Below, piece by piece: positions 15,854 through 24,169 of a stretch of DNA of 32,542 bases (position 1 is the stretch's first letter; each line of letters begins with the position of its first letter). Under the pieces are notes generated by a model. It was not told where the DNA came from. It saw nothing but the letters and a program-made list of their open reading frames with translations, and made no database searches. The position numbers and the translations under genes are program-made. Source of the DNA: an uncultured Caulobacteraceae bacterium (GTDB lineage Bacteria > Pseudomonadota > Alphaproteobacteria > Caulobacterales > Caulobacteraceae). The DNA lies in the NCBI GenBank assembly GCA_964246615.1, contig CAXTRP010000001.1, forward strand, positions 1 through 32,542, given 5' to 3'.

Positions 15854-18800
15854 ATGACCCAGGACGGACTCGGCGGCAGCGTCGCCGACCAGCACACGCC
15901 ACCACTGCAGGCCGTAGCGGGCGCAGACCCGGCCGGAGCAAGCCGGCCCGCTACGCCCCGGGCACGGATCACCGCCCGGTTCCAGCCGGCCCTGAACGCG
16001 GCACTGTGGCAGAACCACGTGCCCGTGCTTTCCGAGCTGGCGATCGCCAACGCGAGCGATGAGCCGCTGGGGGACATCGAGATCGAACTCGGTTCACAGC
16101 CGCCGGTGGTGCGGGCGCGGACGTGGCGGGCTGCGGGCCTCGCATCCGGCCAGATACTCGCCTTCGACGACCTGGACATCCCCATCGATGGCCCATTCCT
16201 GTCGGGCCTGTCCGAGGCGACCCGCGGCACGGTGTCGCTCACAGCCCGCAGCGAGGGCGAGATCGTCGGCGAGTTCACGCAGGACATCCGCATCCTCGCC
16301 TTCAACGAGTGGGGCGGCACCGCGGGCATCCCCGACATCCTCGCCGCCTTCGTGCAGCCGAACGACCCGGCGGTCGCCCGCATCATCCACGCCGCCTCGG
16401 ACCTCCTGCGGGCGAGCGGCAAGTCAGACTCGTTCGAGGGCTACCAGGGCAGCAGCAAGACCCGCGTCTGGGAACAGGCGCAGGCGATCTGGAACGCGGT
16501 CTGCCGAATGGATCTGCGCTACATCAACCCGCCACCCTCCTTCATCGGCGGCGGCCAGCGCATCCGCACCGCGCGCCAGATCGGCGAGGAGCGGCTGGCG
16601 ACCTGCCTCGACCTGGCGGTGCTGTTCTGCTCCTGCCTGGAGGCGGCCGGGCTCCGCCCGCTGATCGTGCTGCAGCGGGAGCACGCCTTCGCCGGCGTTT
16701 GGCTGTCGAAGGGCGACTTCGGCACATCCACTGTCGACGATGCGCCGGGATTGCGGACCCGACTCAAGCTCGACGACCTCAAGCTGTTCGAGACGACCGG
16801 CACCACCCATGCCCGCAAGCCAAGCTTCCAGCAAGCGACGCTCGCCGGGGCGGCCCATGTCGAGCCGGAGAAGGACGCCGAGTTCGAGGGGTTGATCGAC
16901 ATCCATCGTGCCCGCCAACGGCGCATCCTGCCGCTGGCGAGTGCGGCAACCGGCTACGCCTTCCAGGCCGGCGCCACGGACGCGGCCGAACTCGCGCTGC
17001 CGGCCATCGAGGACGCGCCACCGCTTCGCGACGACATGCCGACGGCCGACGAAGCGCCGCCCGCGAGCGCCGAGGACCGGCTCGACCGCTGGCGGAAGCG
17101 GCTGCTGGACCTCTCCGGCCGCAACCGGCTGCTGAACCTGCCGGCGTCCGGGCGCCAGGTGCTCTGGGTGGATTGCCCGGATGCGGCCAAGCTGGAGGAC
17201 CGGCTGGCGGAAATGCGTGGCAAGGGCCGCGCCGCGCCGCTGAAGTTTCGCCCCTGGCCCGACCTGATGGGCGATGCCGACCCGCGCAGCGCGGCACTGC
17301 ACCGCAACCGGCTGCAGGAGGACGCCAACCTCGCCTTCGCGCGGGAAACGATGGCAAAGGGCGAGCTGGTGGTGGGACGGGGCGAAGCGTCCCTGCAGGC
17401 GTCGCTCACCGACATCTACCGCAAGGCGCGCGCCGACCAGCAGGAAGGCGGCTCGAACACCCTGTTCCTGACCATCGGCACATTGCTGTGGCGCCGGGAG
17501 GACCGCGAGACGCCATACCGGGCGCCGCTGATCCTGGTGCCGGTCGTGCTGGAGCGGCCGAGCGTGCGCTCGGGTTTCGTGCTGCGGGTGCACGACGACG
17601 AGACCCGGCTGAACTCGACGCTGCTCGAGATGCTGCGCCAGGAGTTCGCCCTCCAGTTCCCGACGCTGGAGGCCGAACGGCCGCCGGAGGACGAGGCCGG
17701 GTTCGACGTGCCCGCCATCATGGACACCTTCCGGTCCAAGCTGCGCGACGTCCGGGGCTGGGAGGTCCGCGACGAGGTGGCGCTGACCACCCTGTCGTTC
17801 ACCAAGTTCCTGATGTGGAAGGACCTGGCGGACCGGGCGGAGGCGTTGCGCGGCAACGTCGTCTCGCGCCGGCTGATGGATGGGCCGGCACCCGAGGTCG
17901 CCTTCGAGTCCGGGCGTGGCGGCGAACGCCATCCGATTGGCGGCGCGCTCGACGATGAGTTGGCCGCGGCGGACCTTTACTGCCCGTTGGAGGGCGACTC
18001 CTCGCAGTTGCGGGCGGTGGCGCGGGCGGCGGCCGGCGAGAGCTTCGTGCTGATTGGGCCGCCCGGCACGGGCAAGAGCCAGACCATCGCCAACATCATC
18101 GCCAACACGCTGGCCCAGGGCCGGACGGTCCTGTTCGTGGCGGAGAAGCGGGCGGCGCTGGAGGTGGTGCAACGGCGGCTCAAGAGCGTCGGGATGGCCG
18201 ATTTCTGCCTTGACCTGTTCTCCAGCAAGGTCAGCAAGACCGCCGTGCTCGGCCAACTGGAGCGCGCGCAATCCGTGTCCGAGGCGGATGGCGGACGGGA
18301 CTGGGCCGCTGCCAAGGCGGACCTCGCGAGCCTTCGCGAGGAGCTGAACGGCTACGTGCGCGAGCTGCACAAGCCGGGGCGGAACGGTTGGACGCCGTTC
18401 CGCGCGATCGGCGCCGTGCTGCGGGCCGCCGATGGCGGCGTCCCCGAGATCGCACTGGCATGGCCCCACTCCGACGTGCACGACGCCGGGGACTGGCGGC
18501 GGCTGGTCGAGGCGGTCGAGGAAGCGCGGGAGGTGCTGCGCCGGGCCGGCGACGCCGTGCGCGCGCCGGCGCTGGCGGGCATCGAGCAGGCGGAGTGGTC
18601 GCCGGTCTGGCAGACCCGCCTGCTGGAAGCGGCGCGGCACGCGGCCATGCGGCTGGACGAGTTGGAGCAGGCGATCGGCGCCGCCTGCCGGACGCTGAAG
18701 CTCAGCGACTACGCCCGTTCGCGGCCCAGCTTGCAGCGATTGGTGGCGCTGGCAGACCTGTTGTCCGACCCGATCGGCCCGGAGGCGGCATGGGCGCTGT

Positions 18801-21800
18801 CCGAGGGCGCCGCGGACCTGCACGAGGCGATCCAGGCAGTGGCCACCCAGGCGAGCCGGCATCGCGAAGTGCGCCAGGCGCTCACGACATCATGGCGACC
18901 CGGCGTATATGCCCTGCCACTTGCGGCGCTGCGGTCCGAGTGGCGCGCGGCCGGCGAGAAGTGGGCGTTGCCGCGGAGCATGGCGCAACGGGCGGTGCGC
19001 AAGCGGCTCGCGTCCGAGGCGGACGGCCCGGTGCCGGAGGATTGCGGCCCCGACCTCGACCGGCTGCTGGAGATCCAGCAGATCGACGCATCCGTCGCGG
19101 CCACCCCGCACACGGCGGCGCTGGGTCGGGCGTGGCGCGGGATCGACACGGATTTCCTGCGGATGCAGGCGGCCCATGAGTGGGGTCGGCGCATCCGGTC
19201 GGCCACGGCGTCGTGCAGGCAGGACGCGGCGGACTTGGCCGGGCTGCGGGCCCTCATCCGCCAGATGGTCGGCGAAGCGGCCGACCTCCTGGCGCCGTCC
19301 GGCTCGGCCGGAGCGGCCCTGGCTGGCCTGACCGACGCCTGGGCGGCTGCGGAGGGGGCACTGGAGGCCGTGGCGGCGCTCGCTGGCAGCCCGGCCGCTC
19401 GCCTGGTGCCCGAGGACCGGGCGGACTGGCTGGCCGCTGTGTCGCGGCACCTGACCGGGTGGTCCTCCGCCGCGCGGTCGATCCAGGAGTGGTGCGCTTG
19501 GCGCGGGGTGTCGCAGTCGGCCGAGGCGCAAGGCTTGGGGCCGCTGGTCCGGGCCATGGAGGACGGCATCGTCGGGCCAGGCGATGCCGTCCGCGCCCTG
19601 GAGGCGAACTACGCCCGCTGGTGGATCGACCTCGCCGTCGATGCGGCCCCCAGGCTGCGCGGCTTCGTCGCGGCCCGGCACGAGACCCGGATCGAGCGCT
19701 TTCGCCTCCTGGACGCGCGCATGCTCGAGCTGTCGAGCCGGGTCGCCCGTGCCCGGATCGCCGCCGCCATCCCGAACGCGGTGCAGCGCCACGCCGACCC
19801 CGAATACGCCGTGCTCACCCGCGAGCTCGCCAAGCGCCAGCGCCACTTGCCGGTCCGCCAGTTGGCCTCGCGCATGCCGAAGGCGCTGCGCCGGCTGACG
19901 CCCTGCCTGATGATGAGCCCGCTCTCCGTGGCGCAGTATCTGCCGGCGGATGCGGAGCCATTCGACCTCGTGATCTTCGACGAGGCCTCGCAGATCACGA
20001 CCTGGGACGCCATCGGTGCGGTCGGGCGCGGGCGCCAGGTGATCGTCGTTGGCGACCCGCGGCAGCTACCGCCGACCAGCTTCTTCGAGCGGCGCAGCGG
20101 CGAGGAGGACGGTGCCGCGGTCGAGGTGGAGACGCACGACCTGGACTCGATCCTCGACGAGTGCCTGGGCGCCGGCATCCCGAACGTCGAGCTGACCTGG
20201 CACTACCGCAGCCGGCACGAGAGCCTGATCGCGTTCTCCAACCAGGTCTATTACGGCGGCCGCCTGGTCACCTTCCCGTCGCCCGTGACGAGAGACGACG
20301 CGGTGTCGTTCCGTCATGTCGCCGATGGCGTGTATGCCCGGGGCGGCGCGCGCACCAACGAGCGCGAGGCCAGGGCCGTGGTTGCCGAGGCGCTAGCCGT
20401 CCTCCGTTCGGCCGCGGCCCGGTCGCTCGGTATCGTCACGTTCAACGCCGAGCAGCAGGGGCTGATCGAGGATCTGTTCGACAAGGCGCAGCGCGATGAC
20501 CCGGCACTCGAGCGGCACTTCGCCGAGGACGCGCCCGAGCCCGTGCTGGTCAAGAACCTCGAGGGCATCCAGGGCGAGGAGCGCGACGTGATGCTGTTCT
20601 CGCTCACCTACGGCCCGGACGCGACGGGGCGCATCGCGCTCAACTTCGGCCCCCTCAACCTGTCGGGCGGCGAGCGGCGGCTCAACGTCGCCGTGACCCG
20701 GGCGCGCGAGCGGCTGGTGGTGTTCGGCAGCGTGCGGGCGGAGCAGTTGGACCTGTCGCGGACCGGCGCCGTGGGCGTGCGCCACCTCAAGCAATTCCTG
20801 TCCTTCGCCGAGCACGGCGCGCGGTCGTTCGCCACGGCCGATCGGGGGTCCCTGGGTGATCACGAGAGCCCATTCGAGGCGGAGGTGGCCGAACGGCTTC
20901 GCCGGCTGGGATGGACGGCGCACCCGCAGGTCGGCGTGTCGGGCTTCCGCGTCGATCTCGGCATCGTCGATCCGGATGCGCCAGGGGCCTACCTCGCCGG
21001 CGTCGAGTGCGACGGCGCCACCTACCACCGCGGCGCCACCGCGCGGGATCGCGACCGGCTGCGACAGCACGTGCTCGAGGCGCTCGGCTGGCGCATCTTG
21101 CGCGTCTGGTCGACCGACTGGTGGACCAACGCCGCGCGGGAGGCGGACAGGCTGCACATGCAGCTCGGCGACGCGCTGGGAAGGGCGCGCGCCGAGAGGG
21201 CCGAGAGGGCCGAGCCGACGGGCGCACCGCCTGACGCGGGCGACCTGCTAGTCGACGGAACCGAGACGCTGGACGACGGCGGAACGGTGTTGCCGCCCCT
21301 GGACGCCGATCTCGTGCCCTATGACGACGCGGGGCCGGTGCCAGAGCCTGAACTCTTCTACGATCCCGCTTACCGGGATCGCCTGGGCGCGCTCGTCGCG
21401 GGGCTGTTGCGGAAGCAGGGGCCGCTGCGAGAGGACCGGCTGGTCCAGGCCATTGCCCGCCTGCACGGCTTCGGCCGGGCCGGCCGTGAGATCAGGGACC
21501 GGGTGATGGCCGTCCTGCCGGGCACCAGCGCGGTCACGACGGAGGACATCGGCCGCTTCGTTTGGCCGCCAGCCATCGACCCCGCTTCCTGGAACTCCTT
21601 GCGCGCACCGGTTGTTGGCCGTGCAGTCGATCCGGCGGAGATTCCGATGCCGGAGCTGGTCGCACTGGCCCGGCGCTGCATGTCGCCCGGCATGACGGAT
21701 GACACCATTCTCATCGCGATGCGCGATGCCTGCGGCCTACAACGGCTACGTGAGACCGCCCGGAACCGCTGTGTCGCGGCGCTCGCGGCCGCGCGGGGTC

Positions 21801-21814
21801 AACCTAACCCTTGA
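15854..21814 (+). CDS. DUF4011 / SF1 (Upf1-like) helicase / Vsr-like nuclease / DUF3320 protein (Hhe-type anti-phage)
   Basis: RWRKRLLDLSGRNRLLN (DUF4011), Walker A GPPGTGKSQT, DEASQ, GDPRQLPP, WHYRS, QGEERD, RRLNVAVTRAR, then a restriction-endonuclease-fold tail ESPFE...RVDLG...ECDG...WSTDW. The start is uncertain (15767-15854). Confidence 0.92.
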   Translation: MTQDGLGGSVADQHTPPLQAVAGADPAGASRPATPRARITARFQPALNAALWQNHVPVLSELAIANASDEPLGDIEIELGSQPPVVRARTWRAAGLASGQILAFDDLDIPIDGPFLSGLSEATRGTVSLTARSEGEIVGEFTQDIRILAFNEWGGTAGIPDILAAFVQPNDPAVARIIHAASDLLRASGKSDSFEGYQGSSKTRVWEQAQAIWNAVCRMDLRYINPPPSFIGGGQRIRTARQIGEERLATCLDLAVLFCSCLEAAGLRPLIVLQREHAFAGVWLSKGDFGTSTVDDAPGLRTRLKLDDLKLFETTGTTHARKPSFQQATLAGAAHVEPEKDAEFEGLIDIHRARQRRILPLASAATGYAFQAGATDAAELALPAIEDAPPLRDDMPTADEAPPASAEDRLDRWRKRLLDLSGRNRLLNLPASGRQVLWVDCPDAAKLEDRLAEMRGKGRAAPLKFRPWPDLMGDADPRSAALHRNRLQEDANLAFARETMAKGELVVGRGEASLQASLTDIYRKARADQQEGGSNTLFLTIGTLLWRREDRETPYRAPLILVPVVLERPSVRSGFVLRVHDDETRLNSTLLEMLRQEFALQFPTLEAERPPEDEAGFDVPAIMDTFRSKLRDVRGWEVRDEVALTTLSFTKFLMWKDLADRAEALRGNVVSRRLMDGPAPEVAFESGRGGERHPIGGALDDELAAADLYCPLEGDSSQLRAVARAAAGESFVLIGPPGTGKSQTIANIIANTLAQGRTVLFVAEKRAALEVVQRRLKSVGMADFCLDLFSSKVSKTAVLGQLERAQSVSEADGGRDWAAAKADLASLREELNGYVRELHKPGRNGWTPFRAIGAVLRAADGGVPEIALAWPHSDVHDAGDWRRLVEAVEEAREVLRRAGDAVRAPALAGIEQAEWSPVWQTRLLEAARHAAMRLDELEQAIGAACRTLKLSDYARSRPSLQRLVALADLLSDPIGPEAAWALSEGAADLHEAIQAVATQASRHREVRQALTTSWRPGVYALPLAALRSEWRAAGEKWALPRSMAQRAVRKRLASEADGPVPEDCGPDLDRLLEIQQIDASVAATPHTAALGRAWRGIDTDFLRMQAAHEWGRRIRSATASCRQDAADLAGLRALIRQMVGEAADLLAPSGSAGAALAGLTDAWAAAEGALEAVAALAGSPAARLVPEDRADWLAAVSRHLTGWSSAARSIQEWCAWRGVSQSAEAQGLGPLVRAMEDGIVGPGDAVRALEANYARWWIDLAVDAAPRLRGFVAARHETRIERFRLLDARMLELSSRVARARIAAAIPNAVQRHADPEYAVLTRELAKRQRHLPVRQLASRMPKALRRLTPCLMMSPLSVAQYLPADAEPFDLVIFDEASQITTWDAIGAVGRGRQVIVVGDPRQLPPTSFFERRSGEEDGAAVEVETHDLDSILDECLGAGIPNVELTWHYRSRHESLIAFSNQVYYGGRLVTFPSPVTRDDAVSFRHVADGVYARGGARTNEREARAVVAEALAVLRSAAARSLGIVTFNAEQQGLIEDLFDKAQRDDPALERHFAEDAPEPVLVKNLEGIQGEERDVMLFSLTYGPDATGRIALNFGPLNLSGGERRLNVAVTRARERLVVFGSVRAEQLDLSRTGAVGVRHLKQFLSFAEHGARSFATADRGSLGDHESPFEAEVAERLRRLGWTAHPQVGVSGFRVDLGIVDPDAPGAYLAGVECDGATYHRGATARDRDRLRQHVLEALGWRILRVWSTDWWTNAAREADRLHMQLGDALGRARAERAERAEPTGAPPDAGDLLVDGTETLDDGGTVLPPLDADLVPYDDAGPVPEPELFYDPAYRDRLGALVAGLLRKQGPLREDRLVQAIARLHGFGRAGREIRDRVMAVLPGTSAVTTEDIGRFVWPPAIDPASWNSLRAPVVGRAVDPAEIPMPELVALARRCMSPGMTDDTILIAMRDACGLQRLRETARNRCVAALAAARGQPNP

Positions 21815-21892
21815 AGGGTCGTTGACCGCGCTGGACCGCATCGAGGCACAAGAGGCTTGCTTGCCGAAGCAATTTCCAGGACCGCATCGGGA

Positions 21893-22561
21893 TCATCCTG
21901 GCAGACTGGGAGGACCGCTCCCGGGTCCCGACACGTAGGCCACGTCGAACCCGTCCGCGCCCTCCGGACCAAGCAACGGCCATGGATCCGCGTCCAGATC
22001 CAGCCACGTCGACCAGTCCGCCTGGGCAAGCACGACCGGGGCGCGATCGTGGTAGGCGTTCAACGCCGAGCCGGCCGGCTGCGTCACGATGGTAAAGCTC
22101 TCGACCTCGCCCGCATCGGTCGTGGTGCAGCGGTCCCACAGGCCGGCGAAGCAGATCGGCGCATGGCCCTTCGGCGTGAACAGCCACTTGGTCTTCTGGC
22201 CCTTGGCGCCCGTCCACTCGTACCAGCCCTCCGCCGGCACGAGGCAGCGGCGGCGCTTGAAGCTGTCCCTGAAGGTGCGGCTGGTGGCGACCGTCTCGGA
22301 CCGGGCGTTGAACGTCGCCAACTTGAAGTCCTTCAAGGCGCCCTCGTGCCACCATGGCACCAGCCACCAGCGCGCCTGCACCATCTCCACTTCGTCGTCG
22401 CGGCGGCGGAAGATGGGCGACCGGTCCGTCGGGCGCACCTCGGCCAGCGGCTCAAGGTTGGGCGCGTCGTGGGGTTCCGGGAAGCGCAGCGGCAGCCGCG
22501 TCTCGCTGAATTCGTCCACGTAGGCCCGATAGGCCTTCTGGCGCTGATAGTTGGAGCACAT
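21893..22561 (-). CDS. SOS response-associated peptidase (SRAP/YedK/HMCES family)
   Basis: N-terminal MC (Cys2), FNARSET, RRCLVPAEGWYEW, FAGLWD and HDRAPV. Confidence 0.93.
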   Translation of the reverse strand: MCSNYQRQKAYRAYVDEFSETRLPLRFPEPHDAPNLEPLAEVRPTDRSPIFRRRDDEVEMVQARWWLVPWWHEGALKDFKLATFNARSETVATSRTFRDSFKRRRCLVPAEGWYEWTGAKGQKTKWLFTPKGHAPICFAGLWDRCTTTDAGEVESFTIVTQPAGSALNAYHDRAPVVLAQADWSTWLDLDADPWPLLGPEGADGFDVAYVSGPGSGPPSLPG

Positions 22562-23154
22562 GGCGGGATCATAGCGCGACGGGCGGCTGGAGCGAGTAGG
22601 CGGAGGTGCCGGCCGTAGCGCCGGCGGGATGCGCGGCTGGCTTGTGCGCGTCTCCACATAGTGAGGCGGCCGGCACCACGTGGCCGCGGTCCTACAACAG
22701 CGCGCCATCGAGATCGTCGCCGGCGCTGGCCCGATACATGCTTTGCGACAGGGCGCATCCCCCTCGGCCCATGCCAACTCGGCGGCGGTCGACCGCTCTA
22801 CCCGGCCAGCCAGCGGATGTGGTCTTGCGGCTCCGACGCTACGGGTTCAGGCAGGGGGGCCGTTCACGACCTACCTGTGCGAGACGGCGCATGGGCCAGA
22901 CCGACCAGCGGGACCGGAAGGCAAGGATGGGCGCTGGCGCTGCACGACGGTGCGTGCGGAGAGGGACCGAAGTGGGTGCGGCCGGGTTGCCGTCTTGGCC
23001 GCCCTCTAGGGGCGCAACCCGCCATTCTTATCGTCTCGCGGACTACGGGCTGCTCAGTGGTTTGGACCACAAGCCGGTTCATCGAAGGCGCGGCGGCCTG
23101 GCAAGTCACTGTAGTTGCTGCATGCTCCTGCCGGCGAAGACCAGCTCGGGATGC

Positions 23155-23370
23155 ACCAGGTTCTTGAACCAGAGTGAACCGAAGGTGCTTGTCCGGTTCA
23201 CTCACCTGGTTCGAGGTTCAAGGACCTGGTCCAGCCTCCTGGATCGGTATATCTAATTGAATTGTATATAGTCGGTCTTGAGACATCCGGACCAACCCAC
23301 CTCTTCTGGTTCGACAGCTGGTTCCATTGGAACCGTTATAGATCAATCAGTTACTAGAACCTGAACCGGA
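23155..23370. repeat. Nested inverted repeat with a GAACC/GGTTC cluster flanking an AT-rich tract; candidate replication origin
   Basis: ACCAGGTTCTTGAACC (23155-70) pairs with GGTTCAAGGACCTGGT (23215-30) around an inner GAGTGAACCG/CGGTTCACTC. An AT-rich TATATCTAATTGAATTGTATATA and further GGTTC/GAACC copies follow. Confidence 0.6.
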
Positions 23371-23768
23371 TATGCGTGCCTGGTGGCACAAGCTACAGCA
23401 AGCACCCACGATCAGCGTTTCTTTATGGTCTGTAACTGGCCGATCGCCGGGCTAACAACGTTGATTTCAGAACCCAACAATCCGTATCGAGGTACGGCAG
23501 ATATGACGAACGTTATCAACATGCTATGCACTGCCGCAGTCTCAAGTCACCACGCGCATATTGGCGTGCTAGGATCGTATATATTGTTAAGAGCCGCCCG
23601 CCAGCGGTATCGATAGATCAATCTATTCAATGGCTTGTTGGGGCGGACATCTCCACGAACTGACGAGAGGGTCTGTTCGGCAGGAGTGTCCCTAACAATC
23701 CTACTCCAGCCCCGCCGACGATCGGTCGTTGTTCATCTGTTGGGGGTCGGACCCTGAGGCTCCTCCCG

Positions 23769-23940
23769 GAACTAGGCTAGGACCTCGTCGATCGTCGGGC
23801 GCACTGTGATCGGTAGGTTCACGTGCAGCCGCAGGACCCTGTCGGTCGTCGTGGCGGCGATGTCCGATGGCGCGAGCACGGCGGCGGACCTCGCGCCACC
23901 CGCGTCGGCCGTCCTCGTCGGTGAGGACGACGAGCCCCAT
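23769..23940 (-). pseudogene. Frameshifted paralog of the small gene at 14636-14866
   Basis: MGLVVLTDEDGRR/(shift)ARSAAVLAPSDIAATTTDRVLRLHVNLPITVRPTIDEVLA*F aligns by eye with GFLVLRDDEGLRHAVKAGAVLALSDADDAGDATVMHLTGGRVVVVRRSIDEVLAWF. Confidence 0.65.
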
Positions 23941-24169
23941 CCTTCGTCGGCGACAACGTCAGTGGTCCGGGCGTTCAGGTCCGCCGGTGTCGTTGACGAA
24001 GGGGGCCTGCAGGGTGCCCTGAGTCCCCTTAGTCAACGGCGTGTCCGACCACGGCAGTCTGCGGCCGGCGCAACCCCGGGCCTTGGTGGACACAAGTCGC
24101 TGCGCTGGTTCTCCGTCCACACGATCAAGCGCCTCGGGTCCACCTCCGTCCGGTTGTCGCCCTGCCGGG

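Noticed and set aside
18056-18067. Partial match of the guide NN string (GG,CC,CC,GG) to the helicase Walker A codons GGG CCG CCC GGC
   Set aside because: Only 4 of 13 units match, all G/C, which is expected by chance at this GC content.
16424-18862. 812-aa minus-strand ORF and similar long overlapping ORFs (828..1916, 30841..32367, 14391..15857)
   Set aside because: These are antisense shadows of real genes in high-GC DNA and carry no recognisable motifs.
22629-23009. Possible small gene divergent from SRAP
   Set aside because: In-frame stops follow the best ATG and the product is unrecognisable, so it cannot be supported.
22900-23025. Short GG-periodic runs (GGCAA GGATG GGCGC; GGTGC GGCCG GGTTG) followed by a hairpin
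   Set aside because: Each run is only three units and the phase is not kept, so it is too weak to call a second array.
23160-23370. Alphaproteobacterial LexA boxes (GTTC-N7-GTTC) upstream of SRAP
   Set aside because: The spacings I checked are N2, N3, N6, N8 and N9, never N7, and the region is more than 600 bp from the SRAP start.
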